Source: an uncultured delta proteobacterium (GTDB taxonomy: Bacteria; Desulfobacterota; Desulfobacteria; Desulfobacterales; B30-G6). Taken from it: a stretch of 64,000 bases of DNA. Of the stretch, positions 29,381 through 39,869 are shown one piece after another (positions within the stretch are counted from its first letter, which is position 1; each line of letters opens with the position of its first letter). Made by a program: the position numbers and the translations under genes. The notes beneath the pieces are model-generated. The model had not been told where the DNA came from. It was given only the letters and a program-made list of their open reading frames with translations, and made no database searches. The stretch covers positions 128,001 through 192,000 of the forward strand of contig CAWGLD010000005.1 of assembly GCA_963823335.1 (NCBI GenBank). The letters run 5' to 3'.

Positions 29381-30499
29381 ATGCCGGAATATGATGTTGA
29401 ATGTGAAAATCTCTGCAAGAATTTTGGGGACTTCGAAGCCGTAAAAAATTTTAACCTTAAGGTTGAAAAAGGAGAATATATCGCGTTTCTTGGTCCCAGC
29501 GGATGCGGGAAGAGCACAACCTTAAGATGCATCGCGGGGCATAATGACATAACCTCCGGTGATGTTCTTTTAAGGGGAAAACGGGTTAATGACCTGCCCC
29601 CCGGGCAGAGGGATACATCCATGATGTTTCAAAGCTTTGCGTTGTTTCCGCACAAGACAGTGAATGACAACGTCGGGTTTGGCTTGAAAATGAGAGGCGT
29701 TCCTACAGGCGAATTGCATAAACGTGTTGAAGACATGCTTGACATTGTCGGGTTGGAAGGCATGGGGGAGCGAAAACCAGGAGATCTGAGCGGGGGACAA
29801 CAGCAGCGTGTTGCTTTAGCACGAGCACTTATAACGGAACCGGCCGTGTTGCTGCTTGATGAGCCGCTGGGGCATCTGGATGAATTGTTGAGAATTAAAC
29901 TCAGGGGAGAATTAAAGAATCTGCAGAGGCGGCTTGGCATCACTTCTATTCATGTGACCCATAACCAGGATGAATGTCTCACCATGGGAGATCGTCTTGT
30001 CGTTATGAATGAGGGTATCATTGAGCAGATCGGAACGCCGCAGGATATTTACATTAGACCGGCCACTTTTTTTGTGGCCACCTTCGTGGGTGACAATTTT
30101 GTTTTAAGAGGTGAGATTGAATCCGTTGAAAATACAATTGTAACCCTCAAAACGGCGATTGGCAGCTTTAAAATTAACACCCGCCGGGCGCTTCCAAACA
30201 AAGGAGAGGACGTTGGTTTCAGTATACGTGCAGACTTGATTCACGTCTTAAGGGAAGGGCAGAAAGCGGATAATCAACTCATCGGCATTGTTGAATTTGT
30301 TGAGTATGTTGGCTATGTGGTGAAGGTTAGGGTTCGGATTGAGTCGGGGGATGAAATAATTATAAAACAAACACAGGACGAATATTTTGAAACCCCTCCC
30401 AGAGAGGGAGACAAGATCAAACTCGGGTGGGCGGCAGATGAGGCTATCTTACTGACCGGACCCTATACAGTTGGAGGAAAATCCATATATGGAGAATAA
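29381..30499 (+). CDS. Pot-type ABC ATP-binding protein (PotA-like)
   Basis: [41 protein letters not shown]-like tail. Confidence 0.92.
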   Translation: MPEYDVECENLCKNFGDFEAVKNFNLKVEKGEYIAFLGPSGCGKSTTLRCIAGHNDITSGDVLLRGKRVNDLPPGQRDTSMMFQSFALFPHKTVNDNVGFGLKMRGVPTGELHKRVEDMLDIVGLEGMGERKPGDLSGGQQQRVALARALITEPAVLLLDEPLGHLDELLRIKLRGELKNLQRRLGITSIHVTHNQDECLTMGDRLVVMNEGIIEQIGTPQDIYIRPATFFVATFVGDNFVLRGEIESVENTIVTLKTAIGSFKINTRRALPNKGEDVGFSIRADLIHVLREGQKADNQLIGIVEFVEYVGYVVKVRVRIESGDEIIIKQTQDEYFETPPREGDKIKLGWAADEAILLTGPYTVGGKSIYGE

Positions 30500-30597
30500 G
30501 ATTTATCTAAATGGTATTCAAAGAAAGGAGGTGACTTGGTAAACCGGATTTGACAACGGAATAAAAAATTAACCGTTCGTTAAAAAGGAGTGGAGGT

Positions 30598-31816
30598 GTG
30601 ATGATGTCAAATGAAAAAGAGACTAATCGGCGAGAGTTTTTGAAGCGTATGGGGTACATGGGTGCAGCGGGCATGGGGGGTATGATGTTGGGACCGTACC
30701 TGACCGGCCGGGCATTGGCGGCAACAGATATTGAGGGAGGACAGGAAATCTTTGTAGCCGACAAGGACGAACTCGGCCAGGAGTTAAACTTGTTTGTCTG
30801 GAATGGTTATGATGCAGACGGCGTTCTCAATCCTTTCCGCAAACGTTATGATTGTAAGATTAACGTGGAGCTTTTGACGGACGATCCGGATGCGATCATG
30901 AAGCTCAAAGCCGGTGCAACCCGGCAATTTCACATCCTGGTTTTGAACAACTGCTGGTCCAGAGGCATGTATAAGGATGGCCTGATCAAACCGTTGGACA
31001 AGAACACATTCGAACCCTTTTTTAAAGATTATCCATCACGGTATCCAATGGCCATACAAATGGGCCATGGCCGATGATGGCAACCTGCTTGGCATGCCCC
31101 AACGCTACGGGCCTTTCAATTTTGTAATCAACAACAAGGGCATTTCGAAAAAAACCGCCGAGGATGAAGGCTGGAACCTGTTTTCGGATCCCAAAAACAA
31201 AGGTCGATGGGCATTGTTGAATTGGGATAACTGGGTCCTCTATCAAATGTGCCAGGGAGCCGGTGTTTATCCGTTTAAAAAGCACAGCAATGATGAAATG
31301 AAGAAGGTTGAGGATGTTGCGTTCAAGTGGTTTAAAAATGCAAAATTTGTGACCGAGAGCGAGGTTGAAGCTAACAACGCCCTGATAAACGGTGAAATCG
31401 ACTTTTACGTCTGCGGTGGAAATTATACGGCATCACCGCCTCGGCGCGAGGGACGTTTGGAAGTTGAAGCAGTAACACCCAGAAAGGGCGCCATGAAGAA
31501 CGGTGTCGGGGGAATTGTTTGGATGGAGTTGACCAATGTCATCAACAACCCCAAACCCAGCCCCTTGGCCGATGATTTTCTCGCATATTTGCAGGAGCCG
31601 GAAGTTGCCTATTTGGTGGCTATGGCGGATAGCACGCATAATCCTGTCGCAAACATGAGCGATCCGAATGTCTATAAGCGGTTCTCCAAAAACGACCTGC
31701 TTTCTATTCAATGGGATTCTCTAGAAGATGATCTTAATTACTGTGAGGATTATGCCGAAAATCCGGATTACCACAACATGATGCGTTTTTATCGCAAAGC
31801 AAAGGCGTCGAGATAA
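30598..31816 (+). CDS. Tat-exported PotD/PotF-family substrate-binding protein; apparent +1 frameshift near 31045
   Basis: Twin-arginine NRREFLK signal, LNLFVWNGY; joins as ...SRY/QWPYKWAMADDG... Confidence 0.8.
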
Positions 31817-31823
31817 CAAAATG

Positions 31824-31866
31824 GGATAAAGGTTTTCTGCTTGCAGATTACCCTTATCCCTTTTCC
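31824..31866 (+). terminator. Stem-loop after the SBP gene
   Basis: GGGATAAAGG...CCCTTATCCC followed by a T run. Confidence 0.55.
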
Positions 31867-31914
31867 TGAGTCCATCCAAACACGGGTTCGATAACTGCTG
31901 TTGGAGTTAAAAAC

Positions 31915-32361
31915 ATGCTGAAAAAAATCTTGTTAGCAACAGATGGGTCCGCTGATTCGAGGAAAGCGCTGGCTTTTGCTGTTGATATGGCTTCGCGATA
32001 TGATTCCGAGTTGTATGTTGTGCATGTGATATCCAGTATGAAAATCCCGGTGGAAATACTCGACTACTTGTCTGCTGAAGATATCGATGCGTCACCGGCA
32101 AGTTTCTATTTAGAAAAAGTCGGTCAAATGATCATTAAACAAAGTGAGAGCGAGTGCCAAATTACTGGATGCAAAAATGTGCATACGATCGTGCTGCGAG
32201 GCGATCCCGCGGATATGATTGTTAAATGGGCCAAAGAAAAACAAATGGACATCATTGTAATAGGTAGCCGCGGATATCATGGGATCAAGGGCAAGCTATT
32301 GGGCAGTGTTTCAAGGAAGGTAAGCCACGCGTCGGAATGCTCCTGCATCATCGTAAAATAG
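31915..32361 (+). CDS. Universal stress protein (UspA family)
   Basis: KILLATDGS, GDPA, DIIVIGSRG, LLGSVSRKV. Confidence 0.92.
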   Translation: MLKKILLATDGSADSRKALAFAVDMASRYDSELYVVHVISSMKIPVEILDYLSAEDIDASPASFYLEKVGQMIIKQSESECQITGCKNVHTIVLRGDPADMIVKWAKEKQMDIIVIGSRGYHGIKGKLLGSVSRKVSHASECSCIIVK

Positions 32362-32374
32362 GACACCTTTTCAA

Positions 32375-32397
32375 TCCCTGCAGCTTGCTGCAGGGTA
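32375..32397. repeat. Core palindrome of family A element
   Basis: CCCTGCAGCTTGCTGCAGGG shares the GCAGC-AA-GCTGC core. Confidence 0.6.
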
Positions 32398-32523
32398 CTC
32401 TTTGTGATGAACGTATTTGTTGAAAATACCACTCAAGAATTTTTATGGAATAGGTGTTGCCTGGTGTTGTGTGGAGGGCACTACTTCCCGTGGGGGATAT
32501 AACCATCTAATTAGGAGGTTCCA

Positions 32524-33300
32524 ATGGGCAGGTTGGATAATAAAGTCGCAATTATTACCGGCAGTGCTGAGGGAATTGGTGAAGCTACAGCCAAATTATT
32601 TTCAAAAGAGGGGGCTAAGGTGGTTGTGGCCGATATCAACGAAAAGAAAGGACAACAGGTTGCCAATGAAATTGGGGGATCAGGAGGTGATGCATTTTTC
32701 TTTTTGCTGGATGTGACGAAGGAAGAACAATGGAAGTCTTTAATGGATATGACCACTCAAAAATACGGCAAATTAAACGTCATTGTCAACAATGCAGGCA
32801 TCTCAAGGGCAAAGGATATCGAGAATACAAGCCTTAAGGATTGGAACGATATCATGAACGTTAACGCCACGGGTGTATTTCTTGGCACAAAATATGCGAT
32901 TGAAACCATGAAAGACAATGGCGAGCTTTGCTCGATTATCAACCGGTCGTCCATTGATGGTCAAATTGCGGAATCGGGATTGTTCGCATATTGCGCATCC
33001 AAAGGTGCCGTTACAATATTGACGAAATCCGCTGCATTATGCTGTGGTGAGAAAGGGTATAAAATTCGTGTAAACTCTGTTCATCCCGGATATATTCACA
33101 CGGCATTGACTGAAGAAGAGGCAAGGGGATACGGTTTAGAGCCTGAAGAATATTTCGCCAAAGTCGGCAAGCAGCATCCTCTGGGCTGCATCGGGGAACC
33201 GGATGATATTGCCTTCATTGATGTTTATTTGGCATCCGATGAATCAAAATGGACGACCGGGGCGGAGTTTGTCGTAGATGGTGGATGGACGGCCCAATGA
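32524..33300 (+). CDS. SDR family NAD-dependent dehydrogenase (cyclopentanol/hydroxysteroid dehydrogenase-like)
   Basis: TGSAEGIG, NNAG, YCASK, RVNSVHPGYI, VDGGWTAQ. Confidence 0.9.
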   Translation: MGRLDNKVAIITGSAEGIGEATAKLFSKEGAKVVVADINEKKGQQVANEIGGSGGDAFFFLLDVTKEEQWKSLMDMTTQKYGKLNVIVNNAGISRAKDIENTSLKDWNDIMNVNATGVFLGTKYAIETMKDNGELCSIINRSSIDGQIAESGLFAYCASKGAVTILTKSAALCCGEKGYKIRVNSVHPGYIHTALTEEEARGYGLEPEEYFAKVGKQHPLGCIGEPDDIAFIDVYLASDESKWTTGAEFVVDGGWTAQ

Positions 33301-33347
33301 TATCCAGTAAATCTAATTAGACCCAAAGAAGCTATTGTTGGCAGTTT

Positions 33348-34304
33348 ATGAATGGAGATGTGATGTATCGAGTTAATAGAAAAAATATTTCTTTCTTTGT
33401 CGGGTCCGATGTTGAACCGGTCATGGAGGTGCCAAACGGAGCTACGGTAATATTTGAGACTGCTGACTGTTTCGTTGATACGGTAAAAAGCACAAAAGAC
33501 TGTTTTTCTTCTTACGGAGAATGCCTGGAAGCCATTGAAGTGCCATGTCTGAATCCAGTTGCTGGTCCTGTCGCTGTTCAAGGGGCGATGCCAGGGAACT
33601 TTTTGGAGATTGAAATCTTGGATATAAAGCTTCCTGATAGCGGCGTTACTTCCTACATTCCAAGACTCGGTATGTTCGCCTCCTCTTATCAGCTGAGTGA
33701 CGATTTACTGCCCGACACAAGAATTTGCAGGATTGAAGACAATATTGTCTATTTACCTACAAGTCGTGGTGACATCAAGATACCTGTATCACCCATGATC
33801 GGTACAATATGCACATCTCCTGGAAAGGAGAAGATTGCGAGTTTTAAGTTTGGTGCCGAACATCTGGGCAATGTTGACTGCAAGGAAATAACTTCAGGCA
33901 ATAAATTGATACTGCCAATAAATACAAAAGGCGGTCTCTTATCGATGGGTGATGTCCACGCTGCTCAAGGAGATGGAGAGATCTCGTGTGTGGCTGTTGA
34001 AATTGCAGCGGATGTTACCGTGAAAGTAAATGTTCTGACGATGAAAGAGGCCCAATTTGAAAGTTGTCCGCAAATCAACGGAGATGATTTTATCGGTTCC
34101 ATTGGATGTCATTTCGGGAACCTCGTATCAGAGAATATAAAATTTGCTTATTTCGATCTGATTCAAAGGCTAAAAAATCATTTTGGTTTCTCTACCATGG
34201 ATGCCTATCATTTGCTGAGTCAGGTGGGAGAGGTGAGGGTTTGCCAGGTTTTGGGAAATCATCAAGCTGCATTGGCAAAAGTGAAAAAGAGGTTTATCGA
34301 ATGA
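33348..34304 (+). CDS. Acetamidase/formamidase family protein
   Basis: NPVAGPVAVQGAMPG, PMIGTI, GNVD, MGDVHAAQGDGEI..AVE. Confidence 0.88.
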   Translation: MNGDVMYRVNRKNISFFVGSDVEPVMEVPNGATVIFETADCFVDTVKSTKDCFSSYGECLEAIEVPCLNPVAGPVAVQGAMPGNFLEIEILDIKLPDSGVTSYIPRLGMFASSYQLSDDLLPDTRICRIEDNIVYLPTSRGDIKIPVSPMIGTICTSPGKEKIASFKFGAEHLGNVDCKEITSGNKLILPINTKGGLLSMGDVHAAQGDGEISCVAVEIAADVTVKVNVLTMKEAQFESCPQINGDDFIGSIGCHFGNLVSENIKFAYFDLIQRLKNHFGFSTMDAYHLLSQVGEVRVCQVLGNHQAALAKVKKRFIE

Positions 34305-34422
34305 TAAGATTATGATGAAGAATAGGGATTGTTTATTCTCATTTTTATTAAGGTAGTTTGAGGAAAGAACAATGGGCGGTTAGCGCCCGATGTATAACAA
34401 ATAAAACGGAAGGAGGAATACA

Positions 34423-35817
34423 ATGGTTAATGGCAAAGTGCACCCATATATACCCAATTCGGAGGAAAGCGTCAAAAAAGAGATGCTTAAGGAATTGGGG
34501 ATGAAGAGTGCAGAGGATATTTTCAAGGCTATCCCCGAGCACCTTCGTTTTCGTGGCAAGATGAACCTTCCCGAACCTATTCTTTCGGAAGCCCGGCTAC
34601 GACAGCATGTTGAAAGGATGCTGGCAAAAAATAGAAATTGTAAGGAGAACGTAAGCTTTCTCGGCGGCGGGTGCTGGCAGCACCACGTACCATCTGTTTG
34701 TGACACCATTGCCGGACGAGATGAATTTCTCACCGCCTACGTGGGCGACGCCTACTCCGATCATGGTAAGTTCCAGGCCCTTTTCGAGACGGCAAGCATG
34801 CTCGGGGATCTCACAGGGTTTGATGCCTGCAATACGCCGACCTACGATTGGGCTTCGGCTATTGCGATGGCAGGTAGAATGGCCTGCAGAACCCAGGGTC
34901 GACAGCAAATTCTTGTGGGTGGAGATATAAGTCCCGGGCGATTCATGGTCATTCAGAATTACTGGAAACCCGAAATCGAAATCGTCAAGGTGAAGTACGA
35001 TTACGAAAAGTGCGGTATGGATCTCAGCGATCTCAAGAAAAAGATTTCAAAAAAGACCACAGCCGTCTATTTCGAAAATCCCTCCTACCTCGGTTTCATT
35101 GAAACCGGAGTCAACGACATTGTCAAAATCGCACACAAAGCAGGTGCTTTCGTTATCGCAGGGGTCGACCCCTCATCTCTCGGCGTGCTGGAAGGCCCGG
35201 GAAACTATGGAGCAGACTACGCGGTGGGCGATTTCCAGCCTCTGGGGCTGCACCTCGGATTCGGTGGGAATCAGGGCGGTTGGGTCGCAACCAAGGATAA
35301 AAAGGAAATGATCGCCGAGTACCCCTCACTGCTCTTTGGTCTCACACATACAAAGCAGGAGGGTGAGTGGGGTTTCGGTGAAGTTTTCTATGAAAGGACA
35401 TCCTATGCCTCCCGTGAAAAGGGAAAGGATTTCGTGGGCACGACCACGGCTTTGTTTGGTATTGTGGCCGGGGTCTACATGGCACTCATGGGACCACAGG
35501 GCTTTCAGGAACTCGGCGAGGGAATCATGCAGAAGGTTGCCTATGCCAAACAAAAAATTGCATCGGTTCCCAAGGTCAAGATAGCCTCTCCCGATGCCTA
35601 TACATTTAAAGAGTTCATTGTTGATTTCAATGGAACCGGAAAGACGGTCAAAGAAATTAATAAGGCTCTCCTCGCAGCAAATATCTTTGGCGGGATGGAC
35701 ATCAGTCGTGAATTTCCGGTTTTTGGACAGAGCGCTCTTTATTGCATCACGGAAATGCACACCAAGGAAGACATCGACAATTTTGTTACTGTGCTCGCCA
35801 ACGTCTGCGCGGTCTAA
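34423..35817 (+). CDS. gcvPA: Glycine-cleavage P protein subunit A homolog (divergent type)
   Basis: HPYIPNS, FLGGGCWQHHVP, EFLTAY, FQALFE, YFENPSYLG, REK. Confidence 0.88.
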   Translation: MVNGKVHPYIPNSEESVKKEMLKELGMKSAEDIFKAIPEHLRFRGKMNLPEPILSEARLRQHVERMLAKNRNCKENVSFLGGGCWQHHVPSVCDTIAGRDEFLTAYVGDAYSDHGKFQALFETASMLGDLTGFDACNTPTYDWASAIAMAGRMACRTQGRQQILVGGDISPGRFMVIQNYWKPEIEIVKVKYDYEKCGMDLSDLKKKISKKTTAVYFENPSYLGFIETGVNDIVKIAHKAGAFVIAGVDPSSLGVLEGPGNYGADYAVGDFQPLGLHLGFGGNQGGWVATKDKKEMIAEYPSLLFGLTHTKQEGEWGFGEVFYERTSYASREKGKDFVGTTTALFGIVAGVYMALMGPQGFQELGEGIMQKVAYAKQKIASVPKVKIASPDAYTFKEFIVDFNGTGKTVKEINKALLAANIFGGMDISREFPVFGQSALYCITEMHTKEDIDNFVTVLANVCAV

Positions 35818-35843
35818 CGATAATAGCATAGGAGGAAGATACA

Positions 35844-37412
35844 ATGGCTATCAGTAAAGTGAGAAAAAACTTTCACCAGGCTCGTTGGGATGAGCCGATT
35901 ATATACGAGCTCTCCACACCTGGCGTGCGAGGTATTCTGACCCCGGAAGTGGAAGATGAAATATCCGCCAGTGTCGGTGATGTGGCAGGTGGGCTCCCCA
36001 AGTCAATCAAGCGCAAGAAAGCCCCGGCGTTGCCTGAAGTTGATCAGAAGAGTGTTCTTGAACACTGGCTGCATCTATCCCAGGAAACCATGGGGTCGAA
36101 TCTGTCAAATGACATCTCTGAGGGAACCTGCACGATGAAGTATAATCCCAGGGTCAATGAAGAAATGGTAGCATTGCCGGATTTTGCCGAAGTGCACCCT
36201 CTCCAGGACGAAAGCACGATGCAAGGCGCCCTGGAGTGTCTGTACAAGTTCGAGCAGATGATCAAGGAAATCTCCGGTATGGATCGTGTGTCCTTTCAGC
36301 CTGGTGGTGGTAACCATGCCGTGTACACGGCTGCATCCATTATGCGGGCTTATCATGCAAGCAGGAACGACTCCAAGCGTGACACCATTATTACGACCAT
36401 ATTTTCTCACCCCTGCGATGCCGCGACTCCGGCAACGGCAGGGTACAAGATCATAACGATTTATCCCGACAAATACGGAATTCCCGACCTCGAAGCCTTC
36501 AAGGCTGCCGTAAAGGATGCGGGTGACCACTTCGCCGGCATTTTCATGACCAATCCCGAGGACATCGGAATTTTTAATCCCAGGATCGATGAATTCGTAA
36601 AGATATCTCATGAAGCCGGTGCCCTGTGTTTCTACGACCAGGCGAATGCCAATGCTTTTTTGGGCGTAACAAGGGCGCGAGAGGCGGATTTCGATATGTG
36701 CCACTTCAATATTCATAAAACATTCGGAACTCCGCATGGGTGTTGCGGCCCTGCCAACGGAGCCATCTGTGTGAGGGATTACCTGGCCAAATTCCTGCCG
36801 GTGCCCACCGTCGAGTTTGACGGCAAGAAATACTGGCTGGATTATGACCGGGCTGAGTCGATCGGAAAAATCAGAGATTTCTACGGAACCACCGGTGTTA
36901 TTCTCAAGGCATATACCTGGACCATGAATATGGGTGCCGAGGGCCTGCGGGAGTGCGCGGACGTGTCTGTGATAAACAACAATTACATGCGCCAGAAAAT
37001 GATGACGATCAAGGGGCTCGGCGAAGCTTATGCCGGAAACGGCATCATGCGAATGGAGCAGATTCGTTATACCTGGGAGAAGCTCCAGAAGGACACCGGC
37101 GTTGGAACAGAAGACGTTAATTGCAGACTCATCGACTTTGGGATTCCCTGGTTCTGGTCCTCCCACCATCCATGGGTGATTCCCGAACCCATGACCCTGG
37201 AGCCCTGCGAAACCTTCAGCAAGGCCAATATCGATTCCTATGTTGATACGCTCAAGCATATCGCAAAGGAGGCATATAAGGATCCCAAGATTGCAAAGAG
37301 CGCTCCGCACAACAGCTGTATCCACAGGGTGAAAAACCCTGAGGAGCTGGATGACCCGGGTAAGTGGGCACTCACCTGGAGAGCCTATCTTAAGAAAAAG
37401 GGTAAAAAGTAA
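35844..37412 (+). CDS. gcvPB: Glycine-cleavage P protein subunit B homolog (divergent type)
   Basis: GTCTMKYNPRVNE, HPLQD, TNP, YDQANAN, HFNIHKTFGTPHG (PLP lysine). Confidence 0.88.
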   Translation: MAISKVRKNFHQARWDEPIIYELSTPGVRGILTPEVEDEISASVGDVAGGLPKSIKRKKAPALPEVDQKSVLEHWLHLSQETMGSNLSNDISEGTCTMKYNPRVNEEMVALPDFAEVHPLQDESTMQGALECLYKFEQMIKEISGMDRVSFQPGGGNHAVYTAASIMRAYHASRNDSKRDTIITTIFSHPCDAATPATAGYKIITIYPDKYGIPDLEAFKAAVKDAGDHFAGIFMTNPEDIGIFNPRIDEFVKISHEAGALCFYDQANANAFLGVTRAREADFDMCHFNIHKTFGTPHGCCGPANGAICVRDYLAKFLPVPTVEFDGKKYWLDYDRAESIGKIRDFYGTTGVILKAYTWTMNMGAEGLRECADVSVINNNYMRQKMMTIKGLGEAYAGNGIMRMEQIRYTWEKLQKDTGVGTEDVNCRLIDFGIPWFWSSHHPWVIPEPMTLEPCETFSKANIDSYVDTLKHIAKEAYKDPKIAKSAPHNSCIHRVKNPEELDDPGKWALTWRAYLKKKGKK

Positions 37413-37422
37413 CCATTCGTTC

Positions 37423-37478
37423 GAATGGATCCTGCCTCGGCACTGGTTTCAAGCGTAAAGCCGGGCGGGATCCATTCT
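37423..37478 (+). terminator. Stem-loop after gcvPB
   Basis: GAATGGATCCTGCC...GGCGGGATCCATTC. Confidence 0.5.
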
Positions 37479-37485
37479 TCATCTT

Positions 37486-37530
37486 CCGAACAGGCAATAG
37501 CTATCGCATTCCCCTTAGCTTGCTGCGGTG
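37486..37530. repeat. Degenerate family A element
   Basis: AATAGCTATCGCATTCCCCTTAGCTTGCTGCGG resembles AATAGCGAGCGCATTCCCCGTAG..TTGCTGCGGGG. Confidence 0.6.
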
Positions 37531-37592
37531 CAATAGTCAATTAACATGCTGTTATTAGCACTATCCATAAAATAATAGAGGTTCATAAACGG

Positions 37593-38727
37593 ATGAAACG
37601 TATCGGTCTAATTGTCAATCCAATAGCAGGAATGGGCGGTCGCGTCGGGCTGAAGGGTAGTGATGGAAAAGAAACCCTTGAGCTCGCAAGAAAACTCGGT
37701 GCGGTACCCGAGTGCCCAGGGAAGGCCATAACCGCCCTGCAGCAGGTTAAAAACAATTTCAGCGGTGATGTTCAGATAATTACCTATCCTGCCAGTATGG
37801 GTGAGAATGAGGCGCTTGAGTGCTGGATTTCAGCCGAAGGTGATCGGTGACATAAATCTCGAGGAAACGACTGCAGAGGATACCATTCAGGCGGCCAGGG
37901 ACTTGAGGAAAGCCGGGGTTGACCTGATTCTCTTTGCAGGTGGTGATGGTACGGCCCGCAATATTTTCGACGCTCTCGGGGAAGAGAAGGTTGCAGTTTT
38001 AGGTATACCCGGTGGATGCAAGATCCATTCTGCTGTTTACGCCATCAACCCGAAAACTGCCGGCGATCTCGTGGTCCAGTATTTGGAGGGAAAGGTCAAG
38101 GACCTGAAGGTGTCCGAAGTGATGGACATCGATGAGGAGGCGTTCAGGCGGAACGTCGTGACTGCCAAACTCTATGGATATCTGTACGTTCCTAACGAGA
38201 GAAGAATGGTACAGAATATGAAGAGTGGGCGTGGGTACAGCGAAGAGGCAGCCCTTGAACAACTTTCGAGATACGTTGCAGACATTATGGATCCAAACAC
38301 CCTATACGTTGTTGGAACGGGCAGTACCACAAAAAAGATACTGGATAAACTTGGAGAAGAAGGTACACTCCTCGGTGTTGATCTTGTGTACGGGAAGAAG
38401 ATTGTAGCTAAAGACGTAAATGAAAAAGGGATCTTGGACTTCCTGTCAACTACAAACGGAAATGTGAAGATGATCGTCACGGTTATCGGGGGGCAGGGTT
38501 ACATATTCGGGCGTGGAAACCAGCAGCTCAGTCCCGATGTTATTCGACGGGTCGGGTTAGATAATATTATTATCGTGGCATCCAAACCCAAAATGCTTTC
38601 CCTTTTCGGAAAAGCCCTCCTCGTGGATACGGGTGATGAGAAACTGAATGCGGAACTGACGGGCTATCGACGCGTATATGTTGGCTACGAAGACAGCGTT
38701 ATGTTCAAGGTAACAAACACACCATGA
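37593..38727 (+). CDS. ATP-NAD kinase family protein; apparent +1 frameshift near 37821
   Basis: IVNPIAGMGGRVGLKGSDG, FAGGDGTARN, GIPGGCKIHS, GGQGYIFGRGNQQ; joins as ...EALE/AGFQPK... Confidence 0.85.
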
Positions 38728-38767
38728 AAACCCGGTCAAACATGTCCGTGGGAAAGAAATGTAAAAA

Positions 38768-39854
38768 ATGGATTGGAGAGAATTAAGTCCAGGAAATGCG
38801 GGAAGCCCTGAACAGGGCGATCAAACGAGAGGACTTCGTCCTTGGCGAGGACGTACAGTCCTTTGAGACCGAGGTGGCTGCTTATCTGGGGGTCAAGCAT
38901 GCGATCGGGCTCAATTCGGGTACGGATGCCTTCAGGATAGCACTGATCGCGATTGATTTGCAGGAGGGTGATGAGGTCATCACCACCCCATTTTGCTTTG
39001 CATCCGATGCTGCGGCAGTGGTCATGGAAGGCGGGAAACCGGTCTTTGCTGATATCGACCCCCGCACTTGCAACATCGATATCGACCGGGTAGCAGAAAA
39101 AATATCGGAGAAAACCAAGGCGATTATTCCTGCCCACATGTATGGTGTTCCCGTCGATATGGATCCACTTATGGCACTTGCCAAGGAACCACGGTATCTA
39201 TGTTATTGAGGATGTGTGTCAGGCTTTCGGCGCAACCTACAAGGGAAAGAAGGTGGGCAGCTTCGGGGAATTTGCCGGGTATTCTTTCTACCCTACCAAA
39301 CCCCTTGGCTCCTACGGTGACGCCGGTCTTATTACAACGGACAGCGATGCATTCTCAGAAAAAATCAAAATGATAAGAAACCATGGAAGCAGGAAAAAGT
39401 ACTATCATGAATTCATCGGATTTTCGAGCAGGCTGGACACCATACAAGCCGCGATTCTCAGAGTAAGATTGAAGTACGTCGATCATATTCTCGATAGCCT
39501 ATCCAGATGCAAGTTGCTTATGACAAAGGATTAAAAGGGATAGGGGACATTATTTTACCACCCAGGTCGACGGAGGTGACCGAAGGTTTCTCTCTCTATA
39601 CGATCAGAACAAAGAGACGTTCCGAACTTCTCGACCACCTTGCTTCCAAAGGCATCAAAGCCGGTGTCTACTATCCGCTTTCCATACACCTGCAGAAAGC
39701 GTTCAGCTTTCTCGGCCACCGCCCGGGAGATTTCCCCGAAAGTGAAAAAGCCCAGGAGGAAGTGCTGTCCCTTCCCTTCGATATTTATACAACCAAAGAG
39801 CAGGTAGATAGTGTTTGCGATGCTATACGTCGGTTTTTCATCAATTTCTATTGA
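38768..39854 (+). CDS. DegT/DnrJ/EryC1/StrS sugar aminotransferase, split by apparent frameshifts near 38790, 39190 and 39505
   Basis: Three consecutive ORFs carry NSGTDA, GDEVITTP, IEDVCQAFGA, SFYPTKPLGSYGDAG, SRLDTIQAA, VYYP, LSLP. Confidence 0.8.
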
Positions 39855-39869
39855 TCAAAAGGGGGGGGT

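Noticed and set aside
36105-37325. 406-aa minus-strand ORF
   Set aside because: Antisense shadow of gcvPB with no family motifs; the same applies to long shadows such as 13950..14753 and 55576..56379.
39861-39868. G8 tract before the transketolase-like ATG as a phase-variation switch
   Set aside because: The tract is short, doubles as the RBS, and lies in the error-prone region.
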